A stretch of 63,998 nt of DNA, filler included, from Basidiobolus ranarum (lineage: Eukaryota), in NCBI GenBank assembly GCA_040143965.1. It is 3 parts of 3 records of this genome, joined end to end, with 100 filler letters (N's around TTAATTAATTAA, not from the genome) between each part and the next. Parts side by side here need not be neighbours in the genome. Positions count along the whole stretch, not along the records: positions 22,345 to 44,553 come from JASJQH010007066.1; positions 44,654 to 63,998 come from JASJQH010007128.1; 1 more part is not named here. One strand, 5' to 3'. Of the stretch, positions 40,777 to 53,394 are shown in pieces (positions within the stretch are counted from its first letter, which is position 1; each line of letters starts with the position of its first letter). A program made the position numbers and the translations under genes. The notes beneath the pieces are model-generated. The model saw only the letters and a program-made list of their open reading frames with translations. It was not told the DNA's origin and made no database searches.

Positions 40777-41751
40777 CTAGTCTCTATTGCTAATAGTAGT
40801 CATTCGCCATTTATGAAGGCCCATAGCGACAGTAGATCCAATGATAAGAGTGGCTCCAAAGATGGTAAATTTGTCAGGGGTCTCATGGAATATTACAATT
40901 CCAAAAACGAAGGCGAAAACGACATCAAAGTTGCGCATTAAAGTGCCTGGACCAGCTGGGCTAAGTTGAAGCCCTTTCGTCAACATAAACTGACCTGCGA
41001 AAGCAGTTAAACCAACCATGGTAAGATTTATCCATTGTGTGGAGTTATCTGGCAGCGAAGGATTTTCAAATAAAAGAGTTCCAAAGAAAGAGAATACCGT
41101 ACTAACTGCCCCGAAATAAACAACATGAACTAAAGGTGGAACTCCTCTTCCCATTTTACGAACGGTTACATACGCGATGGCTGACATCACGGCGCCTAAT
41201 AAAGCAGCCAAGACACCGATTAAGCGTTGTTGCGGATCTATTTCTTGAGAAACGTGGTCTCCAAAAATAAATTCAGGTTTTGCAATGAGTCCTACGCCGA
41301 ATAATGAGGTGAATGAGGCCGCTTGATCAAAAGGACCGAAAGACTCTTTGAGCACCAAACGTGCCAGAATAGCGGTGAATATTGGACCCATGAAAAATAA
41401 AACAGTGGCATCGGCCAGTGGTAACGCAGCCACTGCTACATAAAACAATGCTAGACCAAATGCTCCGGCAAAGCCACGGATGATTAGACCAAAGATTAAC
41501 TCTCGTTTACCAAACGGATGAACACCTTGGTACAAACACCCAATGAAGGCGAAGGAGAATTGTACAATTGAACGAGAAAATACAATTTCCAAAGGAGGAA
41601 AGCTAGCACCACTTAATTTAACAAACAAAGAACTAAAACTAAATCCTAAGGAAGTGAATGCCATCCAAGCAAGACCAATAAGTTCTTGGCGCCGCTCATG
41701 GTGCTCTGAATTGGATGTTGGAAGAAGTGGGGTATTCTCACTTGAAGACAT
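40777..41751 (-). CDS. EamA/DMT-family transporter (SLC35G-like)
   Basis: Intronless, about 10 TM helices, EIVFSRS, LPLADATVLFFMGPIFT, ENTPLL acidic dileucine-type signal. First ATG at 41751. Confidence 0.9.
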   Translation of the reverse strand: MSSSENTPLLPTSNSEHHERRQELIGLAWMAFTSLGFSFSSLFVKLSGASFPPLEIVFSRSIVQFSFAFIGCLYQGVHPFGKRELIFGLIIRGFAGAFGLALFYVAVAALPLADATVLFFMGPIFTAILARLVLKESFGPFDQAASFTSLFGVGLIAKPEFIFGDHVSQEIDPQQRLIGVLAALLGAVMSAIAYVTVRKMGRGVPPLVHVVYFGAVSTVFSFFGTLLFENPSLPDNSTQWINLTMVGLTAFAGQFMLTKGLQLSPAGPGTLMRNFDVVFAFVFGIVIFHETPDKFTIFGATLIIGSTVAMGLHKWRMTTISNRD

Positions 41752-43872
41752 GATTAAACTTTGTGGTAGTAACAAGCTAACCGAAGAGGCCTGTAACCGG
41801 ATTGAATTATTTAACGAAAAAAACAACGAAAAAAATCATCTATGCACGATGAGTGCTGATTAATTCTTATCTAGTGCAGCTTTGGAACAATGACCATATA
41901 TGGATTGTTATGACGTATATAGCGAGATATTTACCAAAATAGCCATGGATTTGCATAACAAATAGATGACTCGAAATTCCATAGCATATATAGTTGAGAA
42001 AAAATCATGCGACAGAACACTTTGAATGCCAATACTGTATGCTGAACCAACGTATGCGCCTAAATAAAGGTAACTTGAGCGCCATAATGTATTCTTTCAA
42101 CGATAGCGGCGGATGCAAATCTTTTGAAGTAGTCAAATTTCGTTGACTACTCTCGGCGCCAAACCCTATAATGGTATGGAAATTTCTCATTCTAGATCGT
42201 AGTTTGGGTATGATATGGCGATTAGAGATGTACCAATGGAGAGCTATTCTAGCAACGAGGAATCGGTACGCTAGGAAAGTATTTACAAGTAGATGTTCAT
42301 ACTCACGTGATGTCTGTTTAATCACACGATTGCACTAATCGAATATGTGCGTGGAGCCATCGAGAGTTGATGATATAGCTGTGGTTTTTCAACGAGAAGA
42401 GATGCACACAAGAAGCACATGATATTTGCCCCAAATTACGTGTGAAAAAACATAAGCTACTGCAGTGATGTTTGTTTCATACGATCTTGGGCCTGACAAA
42501 GTATAGTATCTAAGCTACAATCCTTAAAGAATGTGGCGTTTTCATGAACTAAGAAAGTTCAGCTTGGATCCGGTAGACTTAGGAAATTACCTTGCTTCTA
42601 TTGCTGATATCGAATAAAGACACATATACAGGTTCATTTGTCCTCGTACAGCAATCAGGTTCTCAGCCGCTTATCTAAGTGGTGTCATGGATTGCCCCCG
42701 AGACTCCGTACGAACAGAACCAATTTACTGGGAGATGTATCTTTGATGCGTTCGATTTGTGCTTGGGTAAAATGGAGGATTAGTCATCAATGCTGTGACG
42801 AGCTGGTATTTATTCATGGTCAACGGGATTTCAATAGGTAAAGTTATTCCTGTATATAACCACTAGCTTCTAGACTGATAGTGGTTCTAGACCTTCATCT
42901 ACACCATCAAATATAGTATCGTGTCACTAATAACTCCACTGATCCCTTTTATGCTACATTCATCAAGAGATTCAAGTTTCGCGCTATCCGATAGACGTAC
43001 ATTGGTAAGTGTTTAAAAGGTGACGCAGTCTTAGAAAATGCTCACACATGTAAAACCTCAGTCGCGTGAGATATATCTAGCGGAGATGAACAGTCCCAGG
43101 TTAATGTTGAGTCATGCATTTCCTACAACATAATGGCGCATTTTTGTGAATCGTTGAGCTGGGTAAGCGACATAGAATGCACATCAATATCAACGTTGTA
43201 TAACATAGCACATATCATCGGTACCATTTTCTGATTGATCGTAATTTATGTACTTCAACGGCTTTCGCAGGTATATTTATATGAACATGAGCATAGTATA
43301 ATGCAGCAAGCCGATGGAGATACGAAGTTCTACCTGCGTCACCCTTTTGCCAGTGTTCCCCAGAATCTTTAAGTGACTTGGCCTTTCCAGGCTAGACCTT
43401 TATGATTCTTGGCCTTGTCTACTTTTGCCAATAAGTGAGATTATCGCCCCTTAAGTTCCTTCTGCACAAGCCAAAATAGTTTTTAAATCGATTCTAATTT
43501 ATGCTCGGTTTTAGCAGCGATGTGAAACCGCAATAGATATATATGCAACTCGTGTATTTGTAAGACAACTGGTGTTGGTGAAAGCGTAATGTAGATATTT
43601 TCCTCAAGTGGGACAGTGTTCAGAAGAGAAATGGCAAAATTGGATCAGATGGATGAAAAAAGTGCGGGTATTCTTCGCAACTCAGTATCACCAATGATTC
43701 CCCTGGTAGAAGGTGTAGTAATAATTCAGTAGGAAACACTATATTTGATGAAAAATAACCCATAGAGAGAAATGGTACTAAACGTAAAATACCAAGTGTA
43801 AAAGTAGTACACAAGGGAGACAATAAAAAACATACATACTGGTATGCTCTAGATTTTTCAGCGATATTCCAG

Positions 43873-44553
43873 TCACAGCCTTGGATTGGTGTCAGGGACA
43901 TGTTTACTGCTACTTAGCATAGTATCATCATCATAAACTGGATTAATAATATTCGACAGTGCTGCATCGGATTCAAATAAACTTGAACTTGGGTTGATGA
44001 GCATCTCGTGAATGCCCATCAACGTTGGTGCAGAAACATTGACAAGTGATGGGTTCTCGGGCCGAGCAGGTACAGGTAGCAGTGACGCCATGGAAGGTAT
44101 TGAAATCGAAGAAGCGCGAGTAATTATTGAGGGTGGGGAAAGGGAGGGTGAGTGTGAGTGTGAAAGAGAATGCTCTAAAGGGAAATGAGGGTTTCTATCA
44201 GCCGATGAGCTAGAGGCCACTGTTGTACTAGCGGGCTTTTGTGCGCGTGCTTCTTTCCATTTTAATTTTTTACGATTTGACGTTGGGACGGAAGGTTGAG
44301 CTTTGCCACTTTCTGGGCGCACTTTAGAAATGGGTAACTCACCGGTTTGTGCGTATTCACGTACTAGTCGAGCCACGGTATTCTTACTCATGCCTAAATA
44401 GAAAGCAGTTCGACGAACTGAATCAGCTTTGATGACGGCTTTATGAGTTAACCGTTCTTCTTCTCATTTGAAGTAGCAGTGAATATCAAGTTGGATTTCC
44501 TCGGGAGTCTGTTTTTTACCGGACGAACGTTTTGGTAAATTTTGAGTGACTTC
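43873..44553 (-). pseudogene. HTH DNA-binding protein with S/P-rich tail; in-frame TGA; 5' end truncated by the gap
   Basis: Frame is open from the gap edge except TGA at 44464-44466. VRRTAFYLGMSKNTVARLVREYAQTG is a homeodomain-like/Tc1-type HTH. Confidence 0.55.
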
Positions 44554-44653
44554 NNNNNNNNNNNNNNNNNNNNNNNNNNNNNNNNNNNNNNNNNNNNTTA
44601 ATTAATTAANNNNNNNNNNNNNNNNNNNNNNNNNNNNNNNNNNNNNNNNNNNN
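44554..44653. other. Assembly spacer (N44-TTAATTAATTAA-N44)
   Basis: Same artificial linker as at 22245. Confidence 0.97.
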
Positions 44654-45759
44654 AAGAGAAATCGGTGATTTGAAAGGAAGCCATGTATCCTGATTGATCC
44701 ACATCGATTCAGTTTAACATTTGATTTTCAATTGTCAGATCGCCCCACCCTATTTCGCAAATGACGACAGTGACAATCTTTCAATTGCCTTTTGTGAGCA
44801 AAGAAAAATACTTGATATATTCTTATCGGTAATAGAACAGGTACTGGTGTTGCGCAAATGCAACGTGATTACAATACTAAATACATACCTTTGTTGCAAC
44901 CCTTCCAATTATGTGTTCCGTGTTACCTGATAGGCGATAACGGCACGAATCGAGAAACATTCGATTCAAGGTAAATAACAGCAGAGAAATCCTCTACTCT
45001 CTGCGCGTAGCATTAAATGATGGGTTTAGTCAACCTATGGTATAAACACTATCTTGCATTTATAACACTATGGAAATGATGTCAGTGATAGGGCGATAAT
45101 ACTTCTTTCTCAGATTTGAATGGATAAAGTTGTGTATGTGATAACTGGTCTTCTATATGAGCAAACGCCGTAATATGAATACAAATACTGTTGGTGCCAA
45201 GTTTAGATCTAACCTGGGGAATTGATACCCCAGAGAGTTCCCGAGGACTTCTTTAAAAGTAGTGCAGTGTCTAATTGTATATGGCACCTAGGGTAGGTAT
45301 ATGTGTAACTTATAGGTCATTCAATGGTTTTCAAGCACAAACACTCTTATGAAAATCTTTAAAAGAGTTGTTCACATGGATTAACGCATCCTTATGATAA
45401 AGGAACGACAATAAGGATATTACTTGCCATCACATAATTGACTTCAGGTGGCTAGTTTGTATTGATAATTACTTTGAACCAGTAATGAATACTATCGCAG
45501 ATACAGGAAAGATATTATCATGATTTGATTTATTTGAAGAGCGATATCTATTTATAAGGAGAGAGTTTAATGAGATTGTCCAATATTGAAATAACTTAGA
45601 ATTATTAGTTATTTGCCTTCGCTCTTTTATCAGGGTACTTCTGGAGAATCTATAGGGTAAGCATATCAGATGAGTACAATAGGATTGAATGATTGTTTTT
45701 CACATGAAATCCCAATTTTCAACTCTAGGGGTGCCAATCAAAAGCTATTAACATATAAT

Positions 45760-46079
45760 TGTTGAAATTAGCATGGCCTAAACACCTATATAGTCATATA
45801 TAGCTTAGTACTTAGTTATCTTATAATTCACTAAGATATTATCCATTATTCTCAATTGGAATTTACTTAGAAGTTCTCAGATATATAGATTTTTCAAAGA
45901 AGCCCCAAACTTTGCACACATGTTCCTGGGACCTTCCTTAACACATTCAACACGTTAGTTTGTTTACATCTTGACAAAACTATAAATGTCAACTTTCCAC
46001 TCAATAAATCAATAAGTGAAAACCACCAATTTCTCTAATTCTCCAAACTACTTCCAACAGGCTCCCAAATACTTTAACA
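45760..46079 (+). mobile_element. Solo LTR, 320 bp, with perfect 5-bp target-site duplication
   Basis: TGTTGAAA...TTTAACA termini flanked by ATAAT (45755-45759) and ATAAT (46080-46084). Confidence 0.88.
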
Positions 46080-46735
46080 ATAATCAAAAAAGATCACTCA
46101 CTGTCAGGTTTCAACTGGTAAGTATCAGTTTGCTTCAACAAATTTTGTAGATAAGTAGTAGCTGTTTATTTTGATAAATTTGGCATACATTATATAGCCG
46201 GAATATGTAGCTACGAATTTCGGAATCATCGGTGGCTGGGTCATATTTAATTTGGAACACATCATGATTTGTGAAAAATGCGAACATTTCCAAAATTAAT
46301 TTTGAATTCCCAATGGCTCATAGTTCTCTAAGTGTGTATGCCTGATAAATGAAGCTTTGCGCTATCGTATTCATGTCCATTGGCTACGGTATGTCAAACT
46401 ATGGTAGTGTAATACAACTTGATAATAGAAACAATAAATTGTTTCTAAGCCGTTGTCTCTGAAGATAGAGGGTATCGAAATTTTGATGTTACAATTGATT
46501 GATTCATATGTAAAAATGTAAGTTTCAATAATCGGATAGAAATGTACATTCCGTTCATAAATATGTATATAATCGAAGGCCACAAACATAAAAATCTATT
46601 CATGGCATAGAGTAAGGTTTAAAGCCATCAGTGCTTTTCATCCCTTCTAATTGTATATATATCTATAGCTGTCATATACTTTAAATTGTATGCATATCAG
46701 AATGACTGTCTTTATTGAAGTAGATCTGATCATAA

Positions 46736-47902
46736 TCAAACTTTTTTTGTAGCTATAGCAAACACATGAATATGACCGGAATGGCCTTTCCAAGGACGGA
46801 TTGGGTATACCGTTTTAGGGAACCTCACATATGCAATCCCTTTACTCGCATTAATTGGTACCTCAGTAGAGAATAAGCGTACTTCGTCATTGCCATTGGT
46901 GCTTCTCAATCCACCCTGCGCTACAGTATTTCCAGGAGCCAAGTCAACCTTCCATTTCCAGTCTGAAGCCCCCACACTTACAGTATCATGACTACAATCA
47001 GCGTATACAATTTCAAACTTTCCACCGAAATGACCCACATCACTCGCCAACAAGAACCCTAGTCGGTTGGCCCCTGGGATTGTGGCCACTTTGACTTTCT
47101 GACCAGCTTCGATCCAGTGGTCATTTTTGCCTCTACCCCATTGCGCTAATTCATATTTAAACCCATTCACACCAAGCACCTTGCCGGGTTCCAAGTCAGC
47201 CTCCAGCATGGATAATGCCGTAATGCCACCTTTATCTGAGTTCGAGTCAAAAGTGGCAGGATCAGATTTGTGATTAATACTAATTCCTTTGTTGTTAAAT
47301 GGTGATTGCTCTTTGGGAGGAGGACACTTAGCGCCTTTATATAGTGCTAGAAGAGCTTTAGCCTCTGTATCATTTTTTTTGATCTCATCACTTATTAGTA
47401 TTGGTATATCCCCACTGAAATCTGTGTCACGATAAAGGGAGTGGACTTGGCTAACCTTCTTGATTGCCTTGACGAGATTGTTAATGCCCCCGAACTGATT
47501 GATAAGCCAGTCGATTATTTTCAACTTTTTATGTTTACTAACAATATTGTAGGCAGTAACATAATCTGGACCTTCGTTTTTAATTAAAGCATCTAATGCA
47601 CCGCCCAAATTCAGTCCCAGCTGCTTCCCGTAATTGTTTATGTAGCTATGGGCTACTCTATTCGCAATACTCCCTTTGATTCCACCACCTACCAGCTTCT
47701 GAATCAGATTTAGTTTTGGTCGTCTACCAAACCCGAGGAACTGATCACCCATCGCAGGATCATACTCAAGCTCACTCAGGAGAGTATCCATATCTACTAC
47801 CTCCCCATCTTCCAACGCCATTTGCCGTGACATTCCAACCACCAAGGGCACCATCATCAAACCGGTCATAAGGCTAACAGATTCTTGGCTAAAGACTCTC
47901 AT
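46736..47902 (-). CDS. Putative secreted protein with actinobacterial-type C-terminal beta-sandwich domain
   Basis: Intronless 388-aa ORF with a hydrophobic N-terminus. C-terminal FNNKGIS...FD...PG..L.VNG..Y...DHWIEAGQ...RLGFL.AS..G...G...IVYAD.S......SDW...HIHVFAI. Confidence 0.8.
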   Translation of the reverse strand: MRVFSQESVSLMTGLMMVPLVVGMSRQMALEDGEVVDMDTLLSELEYDPAMGDQFLGFGRRPKLNLIQKLVGGGIKGSIANRVAHSYINNYGKQLGLNLGGALDALIKNEGPDYVTAYNIVSKHKKLKIIDWLINQFGGINNLVKAIKKVSQVHSLYRDTDFSGDIPILISDEIKKNDTEAKALLALYKGAKCPPPKEQSPFNNKGISINHKSDPATFDSNSDKGGITALSMLEADLEPGKVLGVNGFKYELAQWGRGKNDHWIEAGQKVKVATIPGANRLGFLLASDVGHFGGKFEIVYADCSHDTVSVGASDWKWKVDLAPGNTVAQGGLRSTNGNDEVRLFSTEVPINASKGIAYVRFPKTVYPIRPWKGHSGHIHVFAIATKKV

Positions 47903-49684
47903 GACCGAATGTAAGTTGAATTGAAACGTCGAAGCCAGAATATAAGATGGGTGAAATTTTTATATGATGTTGGCTGTTGCTGTTGCTGTTGATAAGGAAT
48001 ACTGGGTAATTTGTATATCGCATAAAATGGAATGCATGACTTCCAATATTTCAAACCAAATTTTGCGCTTTAATCTTGAAACGTTTCATTTCAAGTAGTT
48101 TGATCATATTTTATGTATCAATACTATTTTGGAATATGAGTATGTTGATTGATCATATGCCATAAATTAAACTAATTTCTCACCATTATTTTCTCACCGT
48201 TATGCTGAAAAAGTGGGATTGACTTCGTGATTGGTTCCATTAAGGTTATGACTGACGTTAAGCAAGAGGAACATGGAACACGTATCAGTTGGTAGTCGAG
48301 AATGGACTGATCGCTATATGCATGTTTACGAACAAAGACAGTATCATGGAAACGGGGGCAATGAATGTGGTCACTATGATACTGGTAAGAGAGGAGGAAT
48401 CGGTAACAATGGGATGTAATTGGTGCTTATATATCACACAGTTATGAGATTGTTGAGAAGAATTGCATTGCTACTCCACTTTTTGCTATCTCTATCTCTA
48501 TTGATATCCGCAAAAAAGCACAGACTTCCTGCAATACCTCTATTGAAACAAGTTGGATTGCCCGTACCATAAGAAGCATACAGGCGCTACATGCTGGCTC
48601 CTAGTAGACTTATTTGAAACAAAAATGATCATTAATTCCCAATAACTCGATGATTTTAGATAATAGTAATTACAAGTAAATGGATACACGTATCACAAAT
48701 TGAAGAAAATGGAGGCTGAATATGTATCAAAACTAATTTTATATGAAAAGGTAAACACAACACGAATATCTTACACATCGTCTATTGGAGAGAAGACTTG
48801 CTATAGTCATTGGAAGTTATATATGGTAACTCGTGATTGTACCTGTAGAAACCGTAGACACAAGTGCAAGTAACCTGCTCCGAAACTAGTGGTAACGATA
48901 AAGCCAACTGGAACCGGAGCTAGTTAATGATGCCGTAGTAGAACAAGGTTGGTTCTTATTAAAAGAATTTTTGATATCTATCTTAAATTTAGATTAGCTA
49001 TTACTTGATTTCTACATTGAGCATTAACAGAATATGTAAAGAACATATTTCATCATTTTGGTAACTAACAGCCTCAGCATCAGGAAATAGTGAAGTGATT
49101 TCACAATGCAAATCAGAGAAAATATTCATGAGTAGAGTGAGCATGATTGAAGTGCTTAGATATTTTCCTTGCTTAATGTACCAAATAACGCATACTTGGT
49201 AGACTTGGATGGAATAAATATTTTGTGATGCAAAATGGTTTCATTTGGATCTTTCTATTTTCTTTTTGACCTTGAGGCTTCAGTTAACCTTAGAGGTAGA
49301 TTTTTTAGTAATTTCTGCCCTGCTTTGATAACTAACTGAGTAGTGGTTAGTTACCTGATGTTAATGCTGAGACTAGTAGTAATAGTGATGGGTTGGTTTT
49401 GAGATCATTATCATAGTAACCTTTTGCATGTTATAAAGAAATGGAAAATTTTGCATGTGTGTTATGATATATTAAAGAGGTATTTCCGTAATCATTGGAA
49501 TGAAGCAGTTAAAGTGAATTCAAATAGATTTGTAGTATACTAAATTATATAGTAAACTATTTTAAGTGTGATTAAACAATTTTGGATTTATTTAACAAAT
49601 GGTTTAAGTCAGTATACACAATTTATAGGAGCGATCTTTGTACGAATCATTTAAATAGTTAAAATATATACTAGTTTGGTGCAG

Positions 49685-50091
49685 CTAATTAGTGCCACTT
49701 GAACAATGAGAATCAACGTGTCCATGATCATGGGTGTGCGAGTACGAGTGGCAGTGGTCATGAGAGTGGGTATAGGAATGGTCATGATGTGAATCATAAG
49801 TCGGTGCAAAATAAGCAGAGGGAGGGATGTCGATGGCTTCTGCGTAGGGTGGAGGTGATGAAACCATTTCATTATCCTTCTGTCCGGTGGTAGCAGATCG
49901 CTGGTTGTTAGGTACTACCTGTTCTTTAGCTTCATCATGTTACTAAGCATTGTTAAAGCATTCAAGAATAAAGCGATCAATCTACCTTGATTACTAACAC
50001 ACAATTTAACAACCAGTAGCCCAACGAATAAAATGCCAAATGCACCAAAGATGAATACTAAACCGCTGCTATTTGAGGGGGGATGTTCCAT
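49685..50091 (-). CDS. Small single-pass membrane protein with PPPY motif and His-rich tail; one coding intron
   Basis: ATG 50091 MEHPPSNSSGLVFIFGAFGILFVGLLVVKLC can be spliced in frame to ...SSPPPYAEAIDIPP...HHDHSYTHSHDHCHSYSHTHDHGH. Probable 5'UTR intron near 50109-50166. Splice sites inferred. Confidence 0.65.
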
Positions 50092-51906
50092 AGCTTTCGA
50101 GAGGAGATCTAAAAATCAGCAAATCAGTACAGGCATAAAGGACTAATAAAGTTTCATAAAAACTTACGAAAAGATTTACTAATGTGCTAGTGGTGAGGGG
50201 TGGAGGGTATTTTTATATGAGATATTTACTAACCTCTTCAAAAGATACGGAACGTATATGACCTTTGTGCGACCATCCTTAACTCTTTTTTAGTCATAGA
50301 ATACATCGCTAAGCGGTCTTACCAAACGTTTGTGTAATGTCAACCCGATGTATGGAAGACACTGGTATTGACTTTTTCTTGACGCTAGACTAGATATATG
50401 GTTCTTGAATCCTGTTGCGTGCTAACAATATGACCTTTCGTATGAAGCTTGAATGTCAGCTGGGCGTATTGTCAAGAATATTCTGATGTGTATTAACGCC
50501 ATCTTTGTTACATAATAGAAAACAAGTCATCTGGATGGTTGCCAACACTGAAAGTTCACGTTGCGAGATCGTCACCCAATTATTACCAATCATTCTTGTA
50601 ATGGCACCACATAACTTCCATCCATTCGGTTGACCATGCTTGCTGTTCTGATTCATTTATTGGATACTGAGAATCAAGTGAAATGACTCTGTGAACACGT
50701 GCGATTTACCTCGGCCTGTTCTCACGGGCCAGAATCCATCAGGTAACATTCGGGTAACCAGTGACTATAATACTAATATTGGTTAAAAGTTGAGTCACAA
50801 AGCCATAAGTTAACCCAAATCGCTAAATTAAAAAATAAATCTACTCGGAAATATATGATAAAATAAAAGACAGTTCTATAGTTAGTGTGAACTAGCTCAT
50901 TAATATTCTACTTGAAATATTCAGTGAAATCTTTGACGAATTGTCTATAAAAGAATCACTTTCATCAAATAATATAGCTTGGTCAATAAGACAACTAGTG
51001 AAAATAACTTGTTTATATATTACTCATTGAAAGGGCAGTAATTTTATGCCATGAGAAATTCTGAAAATTCAAAATCCTTTTGGCCAAGTGTTTATATTTT
51101 CAGTTACAGTGAAATAAAGCAGCTAATAAATGAAGTTAGGGTTAGACTATACACTATAAAGTAGTTAAACTCCAATGAGTGAAGTGTGTAAACTAATATA
51201 GCACTTGTAATTTAGGGTACTTGACTTTTGAAATAGCAGCTCATTTGACTGCTGAAACGTTGATCGACTTTTAAGATATATATGGTTTTTTTTCCAAAGG
51301 CTAACAAGCTTTGTTACTGAATTCCTGTGTCAATAGTAAGAAAACTGATGGTAGGTTTCCCGTACAACTACGATGATAATTCCATCCGCCTCAGAATAGA
51401 GACTTAGGCCATGCCATTAAACTGAAAAGGAAATCAAGCGACATGTGGTCGCCCAACCAATTCTCTCTATAAAAGGTAAGGGACCAAGAATGGATATCTG
51501 CTCTAAGAATAGAAATCCCTGTCTTGCCATTAGTAGAAGTACTGACATATATATTAGGAAACTAACTCGCTTGTAGGGGAAAATATGTAATCCCGGATTT
51601 GTTGTGAGAATCCAAGAACCTAAAAGACCAGTGTATCAATCACCTCATATCTTATAGATTCATCAATCCATCGATCAACAATCTTTTTATATGAATTCAA
51701 CAGTAAATTGATAAATGGGGCAGTTACTACTGCGAATCACACAGGAGAGGAGTCGGGCAGCCTCGGGAATCTAGGTTTAATATAGACGGAGATGACCAAG
51801 TTATCTTATCTGACATACAATTTGGATTTACAATTTGATATATATTTAGCTCAGTACCTGCCTTAATTTTTCATACAACTGTTCTTGTCTCCTCGTTATT
51901 TTACCC

Positions 51907-53394
51907 ATGGCGTCCAAGTTTGAGCCCAGTTTTGAAGATAAAAGTAGTTTTGTTGGTCACTTACAAGAGAAGCAGAGCTTAGGCGTACGGGAATCCCGTG
52001 TATCTCTTTACATGGCTGCCACTGTGGCTGCTGCTGGTGGTTTTGTTGTTGGTTTTGATACGGGCGCTATCTCAGGTATCATGGCCTTGGATTCTTTTGT
52101 GAACCGATTCTTATATGTTGATGCAGCATATCGCGAAGGCTTGTTAACGGCACTAATGTTATTAACCGCCACTGTTGGAGGTCTCATGTCCGGCAATATT
52201 TGTGACTGGATTGGTCGTAAATATACGATTCTGCTGGGCGCTTTGGTTTTTGCTATCGGTGCTCTATTTCAAACTATTGGCTATAATTTTGGTCTTCTGA
52301 TCGTCGGCCGTCTCTTTGTTGGTTTTGGCGAAGGTTTTTTAACCAATGCTATTCCCCTTTATCACTCTGAGATTGCTCCTCCTGATATTCGTGGTCGTCT
52401 GATCAGTTTTTTCAGTGCGATGTGCTCTATTGGGACGATTGTAGGTTACTTTGTTAATTTTGGTACTAGTTACCTGACTACTTCCTGGGGATGGCGTGCT
52501 CCATTTCTGCTGGAAATGCTTCTCTGCTTTGTTCTTTCCTTCACATATTTCCTTCCTTATTCACCACGTTGGTTAATGAGCAAGGGTCGTACCGAAGAAG
52601 CCTTACAGGTTTTATCTAAACTGCACTCTGCTCCCACTGATAGTCCCAATGTTGTTGCCGAATTTCGTGTTATTCGGGACGAAATTGAGAGTGAACGAGC
52701 ATTTGGTAAACACACTTACGCCGAACTTTTCCGAGGTAGCAATTTCAAGCGTACGATGCTGGCTCTTTTTACTGGTAATGGTGCCGCCTTCTCTGGAACA
52801 TCCGCCATTTCTTACTTTGCTCCTCAAATCTTTCAACAAGCTGGTCTTTCTAATACCTCTGTAGCCCTCGCTACTAGTGGTGGGAGTAATATCGTTTCTT
52901 TTGCCTTCAATATGTTTGCTCTACTATTCATTGACAAGATCGGTCGTCGGCCTGCATTTGTTTCCGGGGCGTTCATCATGGGTGCTGCCATGTTTGTATG
53001 TGGTGCTATTTTCCAGTCGTATACTATCATCAATGCAGAAGGGGCTGTCATGGGCATTGACAATACCAACGCACGCAATGCTATCATTGCCCTAGTATTT
53101 ATTTTCCAGGCTGCTTACGCTTATAGCTGGGGGCCTGTTGCATATGTCTACCCAGCAGAAGTCTTAAACATGCGCACACGCTCAAAGGGACTTGCTTTAG
53201 CTTATGGGCTTAATTGGGCTATTAGTATTTTCATGACATTTGTGATGCCAATCTTCATGAACAGTACTGTCTATGGCGCCTACTACTTCTTTGGTGCCTG
53301 TTGTACTATTCTACTTGCTGGAGCATGCTTTTTACCCGAAACGAAAGGACGCACCTTGGAGGAGATCGATCGCATTTTCAATCCATCCCAGTGA
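51907..53394 (+). CDS. MFS sugar porter (hexose transporter family)
   Basis: GFDTG, DWIGRK, SEIAPPDIRG, PYSPRWL, DKIGRR, YSWGP, PETKGRTLEEID motifs; intronless. Confidence 0.96.
   Translation: MASKFEPSFEDKSSFVGHLQEKQSLGVRESRVSLYMAATVAAAGGFVVGFDTGAISGIMALDSFVNRFLYVDAAYREGLLTALMLLTATVGGLMSGNICDWIGRKYTILLGALVFAIGALFQTIGYNFGLLIVGRLFVGFGEGFLTNAIPLYHSEIAPPDIRGRLISFFSAMCSIGTIVGYFVNFGTSYLTTSWGWRAPFLLEMLLCFVLSFTYFLPYSPRWLMSKGRTEEALQVLSKLHSAPTDSPNVVAEFRVIRDEIESERAFGKHTYAELFRGSNFKRTMLALFTGNGAAFSGTSAISYFAPQIFQQAGLSNTSVALATSGGSNIVSFAFNMFALLFIDKIGRRPAFVSGAFIMGAAMFVCGAIFQSYTIINAEGAVMGIDNTNARNAIIALVFIFQAAYAYSWGPVAYVYPAEVLNMRTRSKGLALAYGLNWAISIFMTFVMPIFMNSTVYGAYYFFGACCTILLAGACFLPETKGRTLEEIDRIFNPSQ

Noticed and set aside
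41543-41863. Antisense ORFs over real genes (also 4044-4310, 38365-38817, 52008-53087, 59889-61620)
   Set aside because: Shadow frames of genuine coding regions with no motif support.
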